DNA of 64,000 nt from Octopus sinensis (GCF_006345805.1 NC_042998.1:177816001-177880000), one strand, 5' to 3'. Counted from the first letter of the stretch, positions 1 through 13,695 are shown. Program-made: numbers and translations. Notes: a model not told the origin generated them from the letters alone.

Positions 1-317
1 AGGCATTATTGTGTATGTGTGTGTGCGCGTATAGACACACACATATATACACGTGTGTGTGTATATGTGTATATATAGTGATGAGAGATGGAAATGTACA
101 AATAAATTTATGCTTTATAATATTATAGAGATTCTGTTTCAGTTTACAAATATGGAAAATGCTTTTGTACGTGTAGAAACCAATATGCCAGCCAATGTGT
201 GTGCGCGTGTATCTATGGATATATTATGTGCACACATGCATACATACAGACATACGTATATTATATATATATATAGATAGATAGATATATATATATATAA
301 GCACACACATACAAATA

Positions 318-446
318 ATGAAAGAAATCCCGGATGCAGAAGCTACAGAAGACAAGTCTAGCAAAGACAACAGCAGCAGCAGGCCTGGACTACATAATGT
401 CGAAATTTCCAGTAAGAAGAATCCAGACGTGCCAATACCACTGTAG
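318..446 (+). CDS. Candidate small ORF or first coding exon, antisense within DIP2 intron 1
   Basis: ATG at 318 reads MKEIPDAEATEDKSSKDNSSSRPGLHNVEISSKKNPDVPIPL*. Non-repetitive and hydrophilic, with an internal donor CCA|GTAAGA at 411/412. No homology recognised. Confidence 0.25.
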   Translation: MKEIPDAEATEDKSSKDNSSSRPGLHNVEISSKKNPDVPIPL

Positions 447-578
447 ATTTTAGGCGTGTGTCTTCTAGAAGGCGAATGATATAGACAATTTCACCGTGTT
501 TATGCCAAGGATGATAAAAGCAAGAGCTTGGTGGGTTCCACCATGCACTTTTTATTGTTTTTCATTACGTCATGTGTC

Positions 579-581
<3 letters not shown>

Positions 582-621
<40 letters not shown>
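582..621. repeat. (TA)n microsatellite
   Basis: Direct reading. Confidence 0.95.
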
Positions 622-625
<4 letters not shown>

Positions 626-1143
626 CACACACACAAACCACTCACGCACGATATCGCATTGTTTCGTGTAGTAACGTATCTGTTGTCACAAAATATTGTC
701 ACTGGCATTAGCATCTCCCCTTTTCTTTAAAATAAATTCGTTTTTACAACACCTCAAATAACTAATTCCATCGTAAGATAAAGAGAAACTGTTTTATTAT
801 TATATTATTTTTATGTGCGTGCATATGTGTGTGAGCACATTAAAGGATGAGTCAGGCTTATAATCAGCAGCCTTATTACACACACTACGTGCTGAAAGCG
901 CGCGCGCACGCACACACGCTATATCTATATATATGTATGTGTGTGTGTGTGTGTGTGTGGTGTGTATATATATATATATATATAAAAGATGTACATCAGA
1001 TAAAAAATACTAACTACAACTTCAATCTGTTTCTACAGACACACACAGAGGAGGAACAGAGAGCAATATAATTACAGCAGACCAATAAGGGAGGGGAGCA
1101 ATTTTGTTGATTTCTTACTCAATGCATGGTATGAGTGTGTGTG

Positions 1144-1184
<41 letters not shown>

Positions 1185-1198
1185 TACACAAACATCAG

Positions 1199-1697
1199 GT
1201 GCAGGTGTGGCTGAGAAATTTGCTTCTCAACCACATTGTTTCAGGTCCAGTCTAACTGCATGGTACCTTGGGCAAGTGTCTTCTACTATAACCCTGGGCC
1301 AAAGTAAGCCTAGTGAGTGGATTTAGTAGACAGAAACTGGAAAAAAAGCTTTTTGTGTGTGTATGCACAGGTGTGTGTATGCACAGGTGTGTGTATATAT
1401 ATATATATATGTATGTATCTATAAATATATGCATGTCTGTATCTTTGTGAGTGTATGCTTGTGTCTCTTTGTCTTGACATTATATAATAGTTGTAAACGA
1501 ATGTCATACAAGCAGCATCATTCATTTCTAATATTTTGTAAAAATATGTCTAGCCAGGGGGAAAAATTACCTTGTTTGGGAGCAGGTGAGTTGGTGACAT
1601 GAAGGGCATCAGTCCATAGAAAATTTACCTCAACATAATCTCTCCAACCCTTGCAAGCACGAAAAAGTGAACATTAAAGCACTAAAGATGATGATGA
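1199..1697 (+). mobile_element. tRNA-derived CORE-type SINE (family A), variant with (GAT)n tail
   Basis: tRNA-like head, then CCTTGGGCAAGTGTCTTCTACTATA core, central TG/TA microsatellite, GAAGGGCATC motif and GATGAT tail. Confidence 0.8.
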
Positions 1698-1919
1698 TAT
1701 ACATACATGTATATATATCATCAGTTTATGTCCACTTTCAAAACCAGTATGGAAAACAGTTTGACAGGATTCAATGGGCTCTCATCCAATGTCTGTTTTT
1801 GTTTTACTTTCCTAACACCAACAACTTTACAGAGGGTATTGGGTACATTTTTCATAGCACCAGCACTATAGAGGTTGTCATGTTTTCAGCATAACTAATG
1901 AGTCCTGCATTGTTGCAGT

Positions 1920-2520
1920 TTGGATCAATTACTGAATAGAGTGTACGGGGTGCTTTTTGTGACATAAGCACTGGGGAGTCACCTTGCAGCTTGGATGGAA
2001 AATAACAGATTTATTCTTAGAGAATAGTAATGGAGAGAATAACCAAAGGAATAGTGTTGAAATGGAGTGCAGAGGAGAGAGGAAGGAAAGGGTAATGTCA
2101 GGGGTTAGTGTGAAGAAGTGTGGGGAGAGAACAACAGGGTAATGGAATGGGTTCAGTAGGAAGACCCAGTGATGGATTGCATCAGATTACCTGCCACGTT
2201 AATATTGGTTGAAGTTTGCAAGGGTCCAAGACAGTTCTTATTGGAATTACATAGGTTTATTATTAAGAAACAAAAGAGACAAATGACACTGTTAGGGAAG
2301 AGGTTAAGAGAAGGGAAGCAAAGAGTAGCGTCAAGGGGTTAATAAATGAAAGTGAGTTATAAGACAGTGGGAAAACTTATGCAGGAGGGGGTGTAGCGCT
2401 ATCCCACACTATATGCATGGGTGGGTAAAGTGGTGCAGAGAAAAAATAGTTATGATGATGATGAGGCGGGGGAGGAAGGGGAGGAGCGTATATGGAAGAT
2501 AACATGCCAGAAAGAGTATG
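1920..2520 (-). mobile_element. Old LINE 3' UTR remnant (tail fragment plus purine-skewed block)
   Basis: Degenerate GGGTGCTTTTT tail motif next to a GA-rich block; same layout as 6640-7480. Confidence 0.45.
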
Positions 2521-2590
2521 GTGTCATGAGTCAAAAAGGCAAGTAAAGGTTGCCAGCATACAACTACTTAAGCAGCATCACACACACATA

Positions 2591-2961
2591 TCTCTCTATA
2601 TATAAACGGCAGTTTGTCTGTGTGTGTTTCTGTGTGTCTGTTAGGTTGTACCCTCACCCTGACCACGGCTTTCAACCGATTCTGATGAAACTTGATACAC
2701 ACATAGCCCAATGTCATAATTCAAAACTAACGCAGCGAAAATTTTGAAAAGTTCCCCCAGTTCTGAAAAAAATCGATAAATTCGACATGGGGTCGAGAAT
2801 CAGAAACACAAACCACAGACTGTCTAGGGAACGCAACTCGACCTTTTTAACTAAAAAAAAATTTACCATTATTTTTTTTCCATTTTTTGGCTATAACTCT
2901 CTAAAAATGCTTTATAGTTATTTCCCTTACAAACCCGAGCAACGCCGGGCGATACTGCTAG
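2591..2961 (+). mobile_element. Non-autonomous Helitron, 371 bp
   Basis: A|TC start, CTAG|T end, subterminal hairpin CCCGAGC-AAC-GCCGGG (2934-2949), no TSD, CpGs intact. Confidence 0.85.
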
Positions 2962-3004
2962 TACATATATATGTAGATGGATATACATATATATATATAT
3001 ATAA

Positions 3005-3230
3005 TCAGCAGCAGCATTTAACATCTGTTTTCCATGCTTGCATAGGCTCAATGGTTTTACAGGATCCAGCAAGCCACAGGGGTGTCGAGCTCCAGTGTCA
3101 GGATGTTGGCAGGCAGTTGTTGACCCTATGTCTGGAGACTGTGGTATGGTTTATTTAGTGGCATCAATTCATTGCATTTGCTACTCCACATGGCAGAACG
3201 GAGTGTTGTTGCAGATTAGAGGAGGACTAA
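3005..3230 (-). mobile_element. RTE-type 3' tail or SINE fragment
   Basis: CATTTAACATCTGTTTTCCATGC is the reverse complement of the conserved tail. Confidence 0.65.
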
Positions 3231-3377
3231 CACTATAGTAGTGACAGCCTTTCCATGAGAGTTACCAGATTTGATGGTGCTGAATTAAAATTTGTTTGAC
3301 TGTTGGCATGGATATACATATACATAACTATATATGTAAATTATATATACACATATATGTATAAATGTGTATGTATA

Positions 3378-4590
3378 CACAGACATGACAGAAGTAAATA
3401 TACACTCCATAAAACATCGCTTTATGTTTATTCTAATTTGTAAAGGTTTATATTTTTTTTTATTAATTGACATTTTTATGTTTTAGGTTCTATACACGAT
3501 TGTTTGACCATGCCATGAACAAAAGGAACTGTCTGAATTTCAAAGAGGCCATATTGCTGGTCATTCTGAAGGTGGATATAGTCAGCATAAAATTGCAGAA
3601 AACCTTGGGATCCCACTTTCTACAGTTAATAGAGTGATTGTGCAATTCACCAGTGAGGGGAAGGAGTCCACATCACCGCATCCAGATCTGGCAGGACCCT
3701 TCTCTTTGTTAAGAGAAGTGCAGAGGATAATCCTCATTGCAAGTCTTCTGACATAGCAGAACAAGTGATGTCAGTCCCAGAACAGCTGTCAGGTATCTCC
3801 ACAAACTTGGTTACTATAGCAGAGCAGCAAGAAGGAAGCCACATCTTCAACTAGCCAACATCAAACGGAGAAAAGATTGGGCCAGTGAGATGATGGAGAG
3901 GCCACTAGCATTTTGGGACACTGTCAAATTCTCTGATGAATCCAGATTTGCTATATTTCCTGACAGTGGTTGAGTATGGGTCTGGTGACTGTGATCAAAT
4001 ATTTGATGTGAAGATTGCAGCCAACAACAAAACATGGCAGCTATTTATTCTGTGATGGTCTAGGGAGCAATTTGGAGAAATGGCTGATCAGAGCTGATGG
4101 AATGTGAGGGAACATAAACTCATAAATAATTGTCCATACAGCAGAAAGGACTCCCTCCGATCTTATCCAGTGCTGAAAAGATTAAAGATTCACTGTACTT
4201 TGTCACATGGCTAAAATGACCCAAGATTTGTTGGATGAGAAGAACATTAAAAAGCTTCCATGGCCAAGCCAGTCACCAGATATGAAACCTACTGAATACC
4301 TCTGGGATATAATGGACAGGACACTTCATAAAAAGAACAAGAAAGCATCTTCAAAGCCAAATCTTGAGATTACTGTACGAAACTTGGTAAGAAATTCCAC
4401 AAGAGAATATTCGTCATCTGATTGGTAACATGCCTAATAGAATCCTTGCATTGAAAAATGCAAAGGGTATGTCTACTAAATATTAAATATTCACATTATA
4501 ACAATTAATAAATAATTTGAATGTATAATTTCAGATTTAAATAAATTTTAATGATTATAAGGGTGTCCATTTACTTCTGTCACATGTGTG
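3378..4590 (+). mobile_element. Degenerate Tc1 transposon with both TIRs
   Basis: TIRs CACAGACATGACAGAAGTAAATATACAC and GGTGTCCATTTACTTCTGTCACATGTGTG, left TA flank; transposase remnants [11 protein letters not shown]...STVNRVI and KLPWPSQSPDMKPTEYLWD. Confidence 0.85.
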
Positions 4591-5259
4591 TGTGTATATT
4601 CATATACAAATGTATAGGCATGAATTGAAAGACACAACAAAGAAAAATATGTGAATTCTGTGTATCTTTAACTTTGTAATTCCTTAATTTCTAATCCTAC
4701 ATTATGAAGAAATGATTATCTCCCTTGTAATAGCTACCATCACTAGGAAAACCACATATACTTGAAAAATTCCAGCTGTGATTTCACAAGAATCTATTTT
4801 AAACTGTTAATGACAGTTAAAGCACATGTGTTAATGAATAAATGCCGGTTTGACTTCATAAACGAAGGAGCACTAAGAAACAACAGCTTGAATCAATTGT
4901 CTACACCTCAAAGAATATATCGAAAAATGGTTTGCAGAGTTGTTTGTAGCACATGAAATTACTGGTTGCCATAAGACATTTTCACAAGGTAGAATTCCTT
5001 TGAAAACAGTTATTCTTAAACAACTAACATTCTATGAAGAAAAGAAAAAAATAAGAAACACATTCCATGGATTTCCTTCAGATTGTAATTGTTTTCATCT
5101 TTAATGAAACATCTCACTTTGTAAAATAATGTCACAAGTTAAATAATGCTGACAACTTCTAAAAAGAATGAAACAGTGCTATATGTGATTACTACTGACT
5201 AAAAATTCTAAGAACTTTGTAATAAAGCTGGGAACATTGGGGAAAATAGATTTTCTCAA

Positions 5260-6575
5260 GTGATCTGAGGATTCCTAGAGGTAATAAATAGCTTTTGTTA
5301 CCTTGGTGATCTAATTGATAGTAGAGATATTCTGAGAATAAGAACCAGCTGTATAAAGTTCACAGAGATATTACCTCTGCTGGTAACAAAATAGTGAAAC
5401 ATGGGCCATGAATGCAGACAGCTTCAACAGACAAGAAAGTAATGAAGCAAGCATGCTCTGTTGGATGTACAATATCAGTGTGCACTTTGGATGACAAAGT
5501 GCAAACATGAGAGAAAAATCGGGCATAAACAATTTTGAGTGCTGGTATGGTCATGTGAAGATAGTGGACAAGAGAAACTGCATAAAGAAGTGCCAATTAC
5601 AGATGAAACCTACAGAACTGAGAGACCCAGGAAGACATGGGATAAAACAATGAGGATAACCTCATAATGTTGAGCCTTACAGAGGTGATGACCAAAGACC
5701 AAAATGATTAGTGAAACGCTATGATCAAGAAAACCTGTACATCTTGTAAAAATGATGTCCTAAAAGTATATCCTAATGTCTATACTACTACACCCACTCT
5801 GTCTCTGTCAAACCTTTCCCACAACTCCTCTCTTTAATATCCAGTCCACCATCGCTCTTCTAACTACAACACTAGTAACTCAGCTGCTGTAATTACATGA
5901 GAGCACTAATGCGCATATCTCATCCCCTTTGTGTTATCTGTCATCTCTTTTTGGAACCACTTGACTTCATCACTCAGTCTGTATTCTCAATACCATCCCT
6001 TTCTATTTTATTTTCTGCTAAACAAACCTTCTCCAAATGACTGCCATACCTCATCCTTAACACCCTCTCACATCTGTTATCATTTTGAATACCTTCTGAT
6101 ATCTGCCTACGATACCCTTTTCTACCACCTTTGTTCATCACTCACTATATCCACCCCTACATACCTCTGACCTAATCTGCCAGTGTGGATCCCTCTCTCT
6201 CTCCAACTCTTCATACAATCTCCCCATCAGTCTATGGATTTATTATACAGCAGCTCTCCACCATCTCTTCATGTTTTGTACTACCACTTATCACCTCTTC
6301 CATCCTGACACACACTCATTTTCTTCACCTTCTCCCACAAACTGATATTCATATTGACCCTCCTTCACCCTTGATCACCATTCACTGTACCCACTTTTAT
6401 CCCCATCTCTAACCATCTGTCATTCTCCTTTCACACTCTCACAAACTTAAACACCCATCTTTCCCAATCCTCTATCCCTATTCTCACATATTAATTTTCT
6501 TGTACATTGAGATATCATATTCATCAATCCAACCCATGTCAGCATGGAAGATAAACGTATGATGATGATGATATA
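5260..6575 (+). mobile_element. Old 5'-truncated RTE LINE: ORF2 C-terminus, CT-rich 3' UTR, (GAT)n tail
   Basis: SFCYLGDLI and RPRKTW-like remnants; CT-rich block 5780-6500; CCAACCCATGTCAGCATGGAA...GATGAT tail. Confidence 0.7.
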
Positions 6576-6639
6576 CATGTGTGTGTGTATACACACATAT
6601 ATATATTTATACACACACATGCACTTGTTTACATATAAA

Positions 6640-8470
6640 TATATCATCACAATTAAAAGTCCAAATTCTATGCTGGCATAGGTTGGATGGTTTGACAAGA
6701 TCCAGTAGATCCAAAGACAGCATCATGCTCCATTGTCTACTTTGGCATAGATTCAATGGCTGGATGCTTTCCCTAATGCAAATCACTTCACAACATGTCC
6801 TTGGTGCATTTTTCATGCTAACATCACTATTGAAGTCACTGCGCAGCATGCAAGACTACAAATCCCAAGAGAGGCAACTCTATGCTAGGAAATGAGGGAT
6901 TACTATAAGAGGGAAGGGGCCAGAACAGACCATTTCTTGCAATAGAGGAACTGCATGGATATTCACACTTTAGAAGGAGTGGGGGTGAATCAGGATAGAG
7001 TTGAGAAAAGATGAAAATAGTGGTGATGAGGTATCTGAGTAGACCCTCAAGGTATAAGGTGAGTAGAAGTGAGTAGTGTGGGCAGTTAAAGGTTGTAAGC
7101 TTATATGTGAGGGTGAGAGATGGGAATCAGTAAGGGGATGTGAATATAACGAAAAAGAAGTGTTGAGGAATGGATGTAGTAAATGGTGGATAAGCTCCAA
7201 TGGATGCAAAGGAGGTGGGGTGAAGAGCAGTAATGTTGATACAGTAGACAGGAAAAGATGAGTGAAAGAGAGAGATGACATGTGGTTGGGTAGGATGCCA
7301 GAGTGGTGGGGAAGAGAGGCAGGTACAGTGTGAGGAGAGTGAGAGATATATGGTGGTGGAAAGGAGATGATATGGTGGCTCAGAGGATAATAAATGTGAA
7401 ATGTGGGTGGAGAGGACAATATAAGGATGGATATCTAGTGAAATGCTACAGAGGTGATGGGTGATGGTGTCTGAAAGAGGAAATTGGGCAAGAGGCCCAG
7501 CTGTGCATAAATATGACCATACAGTATTTCCAGGACTTAGTCTTGCCAATTGGGCAAGTCTCCTAGAGAAGTACACATCACCAGTCATGCTAGTCTTTTG
7601 TCATCTCCAAGAGATTCAAGATCCTGAGATCAGCCTTCACCATTTCATCCTATGTTTATCAGGGTCTCTGTCTTCCATAAGTTCCATCCACCTTAAGTGA
7701 TAATTAACACTTCTTTATGCAACTGTTCTCATCTATAAACATATCATACCAGCAGACTTCTTTCTTGCACTCTACATGTCACTCTTCTTATGCTCAAAGA
7801 TTTTCTCAACATATCTGCACTTTGTTATTCATGCACACTGACTTAACAGGTTCATCAGAACATTCTAGTTTCATTACTTTCTAATCCTTGCATTCATGGT
7901 CCATGTTCACTACCATGTAACTGCTGTTTATACAAAAGTATCATACAATTCTCAGAAAAAAATACTTTCTGTTACCAATAGAGGTAATAGCTCTCTGCAC
8001 TTTTTCCAGTATTTTCTTATTCTAGCATCTATACTTTCAGAACAACTTCTTTCACTGCTAATTAGGTCACCTAAGTAACAGAAGGTATCTACTACTTTTA
8101 GGGATCCATCTGAGCATTTGAAAAAATTTGTTACATGTGTACTCTTCTGAATGGTTATTGCTTCAGCGCATCTGTCACATACAAAGTCTGTTTTCTCCAT
8201 TAACCAGCTAGTGACACCATTGCGCCACTTATGAGTCCACAATTTGCATTGGATATACCATAGGAGATTTTTACCTACCCCTTTTCTACATATGAAGCAA
8301 GGTCATTTCCCTGATGTAAGCAAGATCCTGTTTATTTTCCTACTTAAGGACAGGGCATCTGTAGCAACTTTCCCTGACAAAAAACTGAAAGGCACTTCCT
8401 CTAGTCTTTATCTAAATAATTTATCCCTCCTTCAGTAACTTGTACAACCTGGTCCAGTAACTATCAGATA
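6640..8470 (-). mobile_element. Old 5'-truncated RTE LINE, minus strand
   Basis: ORF 7952-8242 reads FVCDRC...VVDTFCYLGDLISS...ARIRKYWKKCRELLPLL; GA-rich block 6960-7480; tail 6640-6960. Confidence 0.8.
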
Positions 8471-8744
8471 CCTCTGATATTATCTCTCACTAAGACATCT
8501 TTACATTTGTAACAATTGATTATAATGCTACAACACCAGTCATTGGATATGACATCTGCCTGTACAACTGATTGACTATGCAGGAAGCTAGGCTGTACAA
8601 TAAGCATTTTGGTATTAGTGTTTGATGGTCCAGGAGCTTTTCCTGCCTTCATAATTGGTTTATGTATACATATATATATATAAATACATTCACATATACA
8701 CATACATACAATCATATACACATACATAAACACATACACATAGG

Positions 8745-9195
8745 TATATGGTGCATGGACAGGCATGTCCATGAACTGAAAAAGTTCACTTTCCAGCTAT
8801 GTGGCTTCAACTTCAGTCCAACTGCATGGCACCTTGGACAAATGTCTTCTATAATAACCACTGGCTCACCCAAACCTCTGAAGTTGATTTATTGATAAAG
8901 AATTTTCAAGACGCCTGCTGTATTTGTGTGTGTGTGTGTGTATGCACACACACATGTATATATGAATGTGTGCTTGGTTGCTTGTGTTTCTTTGCCTTGA
9001 TGGCAAGCAATAGTTATATATGAGTATTATTGTCAAGCAGTATCCTTTATTTCCAATCTTCTTTGAAAACATGTCTGGCCTGGAGGAAATATTACCTGCT
9101 TGGAAACAGATGAGGGTTAATAACAGAAAGGGCATCCTGCCTTAGAAAAATCTGTCTCATCAAATTTCATCTGACCCATGCAAGTTTTGAAAATC
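8745..9195 (+). mobile_element. Family A SINE, degenerate
   Basis: CORE motif GGCACCTTGGACAAATGTCTTCT and GAAAGGGCATCC segment. Confidence 0.7.
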
Positions 9196-9229
9196 CTCCT
9201 CCTCATTGTTTATTGTCTATTTTACTATG

Positions 9230-9720
9230 GTTGCATAGCTCTGAATGGAGTTCAATGAAGTTGATGTCCTTCCTGTCACCAATCCTCACCTGTTTCCAAG
9301 ATAATATTTCCCCCTGGCAAGATGTTTCTCACAAGTAACTGAAAACAAACGACACCATTTGTATAAGGATGATCCATGTTTACAGCATCACATGATACCA
9401 AGTGGAGACACACACATAGATATGTGTGTGTATAAATACATAGACACACATACATTATCATCATCCTCATCATTTAATGCCCACTTTTGCATATTTGCAG
9501 GAGTCACATAGCATATTGAAGCAAATTTTCTATGGTCAACCTTCTCAACCACACACACAAATACACACAATGGGCTTTTATTAGTTTCCATCTTCCAAAT
9601 CCATTCACAAGGCTTTTATTGGCCCATTGTTAAAGTGGAAGATACTTGCCCAAGGTGTTGTACTGTGGAACTCAACCCAGAACTACATGGTTGGGAAGCA
9701 AGCTTCTTAACCACACAGCC
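9230..9720 (-). mobile_element. Family A SINE pieces
   Basis: Reverse-complement head CTTGCCCAAGGTG...CCACACAGCC and tail fragments. Confidence 0.7.
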
Positions 9721-9734
9721 AATAATGATGATAT

Positions 9735-9900
9735 AGAATCAGGCATGGATGTGTGATTTCAGAAGTTCACTTCCCAACCACTCGGTTTCATATTCAGTCA
9801 CACTGCACAACATTTGGGGATAGTGTCTTTAACTACAAACCTGATCCACAGAAGAAGAGCCCTGTAAATGGATCTGGTTTAAGGAAACCAAAAAGGCCCT
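9735..9900 (+). mobile_element. Family A SINE 5' half
   Basis: Degenerate tRNA head plus core. Confidence 0.55.
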
Positions 9901-10047
9901 GCATATATGTGTGTGTGTGTATGCATGCACATGAAACATGTGCAGCCATGAAAAACAGATAAATGTTTATGACAGAAAGTGCAACCTACCTAAACAAATT
10001 TATGCTGAAAAATGCCAAGTATGGAAAAGTAGAATATAAAATGGACA

Positions 10048-10537
10048 TGTGTGTGTGTGTGTGTGTGTACATATACACATATCCATATAAACAGATATGT
10101 GTAGATATATATATAAATATACATATAATGCAGAGATGTATTGTAGATGTATATTTACATATGTCTATGTATATAATATATATACACATATCCATATAAA
10201 CAGATAGATAAGTGTAGATATATATATATATAAATATACATATCATGCACAGATATATGTATATATTGTATATTTATGTGTGTGTGTGTGTGGTGTGTGT
10301 GTGTGTGTACATATACACATATCCATATAAACAGATATGTGTAGATATATATATAAATATACATATAATGCAGAGATGTATTGTAGATGTATATTTACAT
10401 ATGTCTATGTATATAATATATATACACATATCCATATAAACAGATAGATAAGTGTAGATATATATATATATAAATATACATATCATGCACAGATATATGT
10501 ATATATTGTATATTTGTGTGTGTGTGTGTGTGTGTGT
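10048..10537. repeat. Tandem duplication, period 240 bp, bounded by (TG)n
   Basis: GTACATATACACATATCC at about 10067 recurs at about 10307; the copies are almost identical. Confidence 0.9.
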
Positions 10538-11229
10538 GATATATATACACACACACATACATGCACGCACATATCACTGTATTGACCAGACTATCAGACA
10601 TCATTACACATTCACTGGTCACAATGCACTTCCCATTCTTTCATGACTGCACCATTGTTTTATACCTTGGCCCAAATCGTTAAACTAAATTGGTTTCCCG
10701 TTATCATAGTGGCCTTTTCCAATCTCTTAGATACCACTTGGCAACTGCACACGTTCACCTATTGCCAGTGAACCTTGTGACATGTCTGGTCCAGCAGAAC
10801 TTGTGCTTTAAGTATTTTGTGATCACATCATTCATTCCACTCTGTCCAGTTTTTTCATTTCACATGTCCTCACAATCATATTCCTAGTATAGATCTTTCC
10901 ATAGCCCTTTGCTTTGTAGCCAATGAATGTTCTTCCTTCCTTGCAAGAGTCCACATAGATCGGATGATGCCATTGAATAGTCTGGCACATATGACCTTGT
11001 CCAGCTTTGCTCTGATCACATCCTTTATTGTGGTGAATGCCTTTCACCCTGTCCTTATTCTCTTCAAGATTTCAGCATCCATTTTTTGGCACATATTCAT
11101 TGTGTACTCTAAGTAGACATATGCCTTTACCTTCTCAATTTCATTGCTTCCCACCTCTATTTAGCCTTGAGCTATATTTTCAGACCATGTGCATTGTTTT
11201 CATTCAATTCATTTTAAGGCCTATTCTGG

Positions 11230-11957
11230 TCAAGGAAAATGTAAAGAGCCTTCAAGATGATGAAAGCAGACAAAGTTCCGGGAAAAGGCAGCATAACAAC
11301 AGAGATGTTAAGGTGCAGTGTTGAAGAGCTATGGGAGAAGTCTTATTCTATGCTTCAATCACTGTCTGAAGGAGGATAAAATGCCCTCTCTGTGAAAAGA
11401 GTCAAATACCATCTTGCTTCAAAAGAAGATTTAAGAAATTATTGAACTATATGCCTCTTGTCACTTCTACAAGCTGTTTACAAAGCTCTTAGTCACCAGA
11501 CTATTGAAACATCACGATGACCTGCAGCTGAGGGAGCGAGTAAGTTTGTGTAAGAACTAGTACAATGGGTCACATATTCACTCTAACACGGAAGAGTACA
11601 AGCCACTTCTGTGCATTGCTTTTGTTGACTATGATAAGGTCTTTGATAGCATCGAAGATGTATGCTCAGGGATGCAAATTATACATGCTCCACTGATATA
11701 ACTCTGCTATCATCACCAGTAAGAGTTCCAACTGGGAAGGACATCAGAGAAGGAGACACCATCTTGCCAAAGCTCTTCACCAAATGTCTAGAAATAGTCA
11801 TCAGAGACACTGACAGGTTAGATGGCATGAACATCAATGGTGAGTTACACATACAGCTCTAATTGATATACTTATTGCTAAAAACATAAATCAACTACAG
11901 ACCATGCTGAGTGAGCTGGACACCCATAGCTCAGCAATAGCTTTTAAAATGAATTGA
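11230..11957 (+). mobile_element. RTE-clade reverse transcriptase fragment (decayed)
   Basis: YKPLLCIAFVDYDKVFDSIE; GKDIREGDTILPKLFTKCLE; GMNINGE; QLQTMLSEL. Confidence 0.85.
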
Positions 11958-12029
11958 CATATCTATATATTCTGTGACACTGGAATTAGTGATGACTGCT
12001 TCATATCTTGTAAGGTTAAAAGCATCAAG

Positions 12030-12520
12030 TGGCCCCTATAACTGAAGGAGAACAGGAAAATAAGTGAGCAATGATTCTAGGTGGAAGGATAATGAGTGGT
12101 GAGAGGAAAAACCATGGTAGGGAACAGAAGAGAAGGAAGGAATTAGTGACATGATTGAGTAAAAAGGAAGGATAAAGTTGAAAAGGTGATAGGGTGGGTT
12201 GTGCAAGGGATGGTTGAGGGGGGGGGCTGTCCAATATTATAAAGGACTAAGTATAGATAGGTGTTAGGGGAAAGGAAACAGGAAAGGAGCAACAGACTAG
12301 GCTGAAGTAAAAATTTGAGAGAGCAATTGCAAGAAAGAGAGATAGAGTTGATAGCTGCAGGAAAAGGGGACAGGGATGGAGCAACAGACTAGGGTGGATA
12401 GGAATCCTGTGAGAGTCATTGAAGGAAAGAGGTGTGGAGAGTTGTAGGTGTAGACTAGAAAGGGAAAGATTGGAAAGGTTGTTAAGTCAAAGAAAATGTA
12501 TGTGAATATATGTATATATT
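12030..12520. repeat. Purine-rich low-complexity block
   Basis: GA-skewed composition. Confidence 0.6.
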
Positions 12521-12870
12521 TACATACACACACACACACACTCATATGCATACATGTTTATTTGTATAGAGGAATATGTGTGCGTATATATATACACACA
12601 CACACGGATATACATAAATATATAAATGCATATATATAGCAGATGCAGGCATCAACGTAAGATTAATAAGCCTGCTTCTCAATCACATGGCCCGAGTTCA
12701 GTCCTACTGCATGGCACCTTTGTTTGTATCTTGTATGCAAATGTAATGGGAATATTAACTTGTTTGTTCAGAGGAATAGGGTGGTGAGATGCAGGGTATG
12801 CAGATATAGAAAACTTACCTCAACAAAATTTATGTGACTAATGCATAGAAAAGCGGAAGTAAACGAAAGA

Positions 12871-12931
<61 letters not shown>

Positions 12932-13309
12932 GTGCGTGCGTGTGTGTGTATGTATGTGTGTGTGTGCATATACACATTTACCTTTGTATAGAAACTACAT
13001 ATATATAGGTATACACTGAACTTCACAAGGTGCAGCTTAAATCATCTAATTAAAGTATTTGCTACAAGTGCTATACAACTAATTTGAAATTTATTAGATC
13101 TATAACCAATGCACGTGAAATAATGAGAAAAGAATCAATCTCAAATACATCCACTTAATAACAATACGCATTTATGTTCATGTGTATGTATGTAGTATGT
13201 GTGTGTGTGTCACTATATATATATATATATAATATATATATATATATACACACACACACAGAGGTTCGAGTGCGATTTTGTGCTTTAAAAGATTTTTTAA
13301 TTACACAGC

Positions 13310-13695
13310 TTCGAGTACAGCCTCACTGGTTGGCACTTTGAGCAAATGTCTTCTCGCCACAGGACAAATAAATTTGGTTGACTGAAAGAATATATATATA
13401 TATATATTGCTATGAGTGTATATGTGCATACATGCGTGTGTTACAGTCGCCTTGTCTTGCCATCACGTGATAGTTGTAAACGAGCATCACCGTCATGCAA
13501 GCAGTGTCCTTCGTTTCCAATCTTCCATGGAAACATGATTGGTAGGTGGGGGGATTACCTTACTTGGAAACAAGTGAGTGTTGGCGACAAAAGGGGCACC
13601 CAGTAGTAGGAAATCTGCCTCAAAAAATCCCGTTTGACCCATGCGAACATGGGAGGAAAATGGACGTAAAACGACACCTACGACGATGACGATAC
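13310..13695 (+). mobile_element. Family A SINE variant
   Basis: Core GGCACTTTGAGCAAATGTCTTCT; body similar to 1440-1697 and 8990-9195; GACGATGAC tail. Confidence 0.7.
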
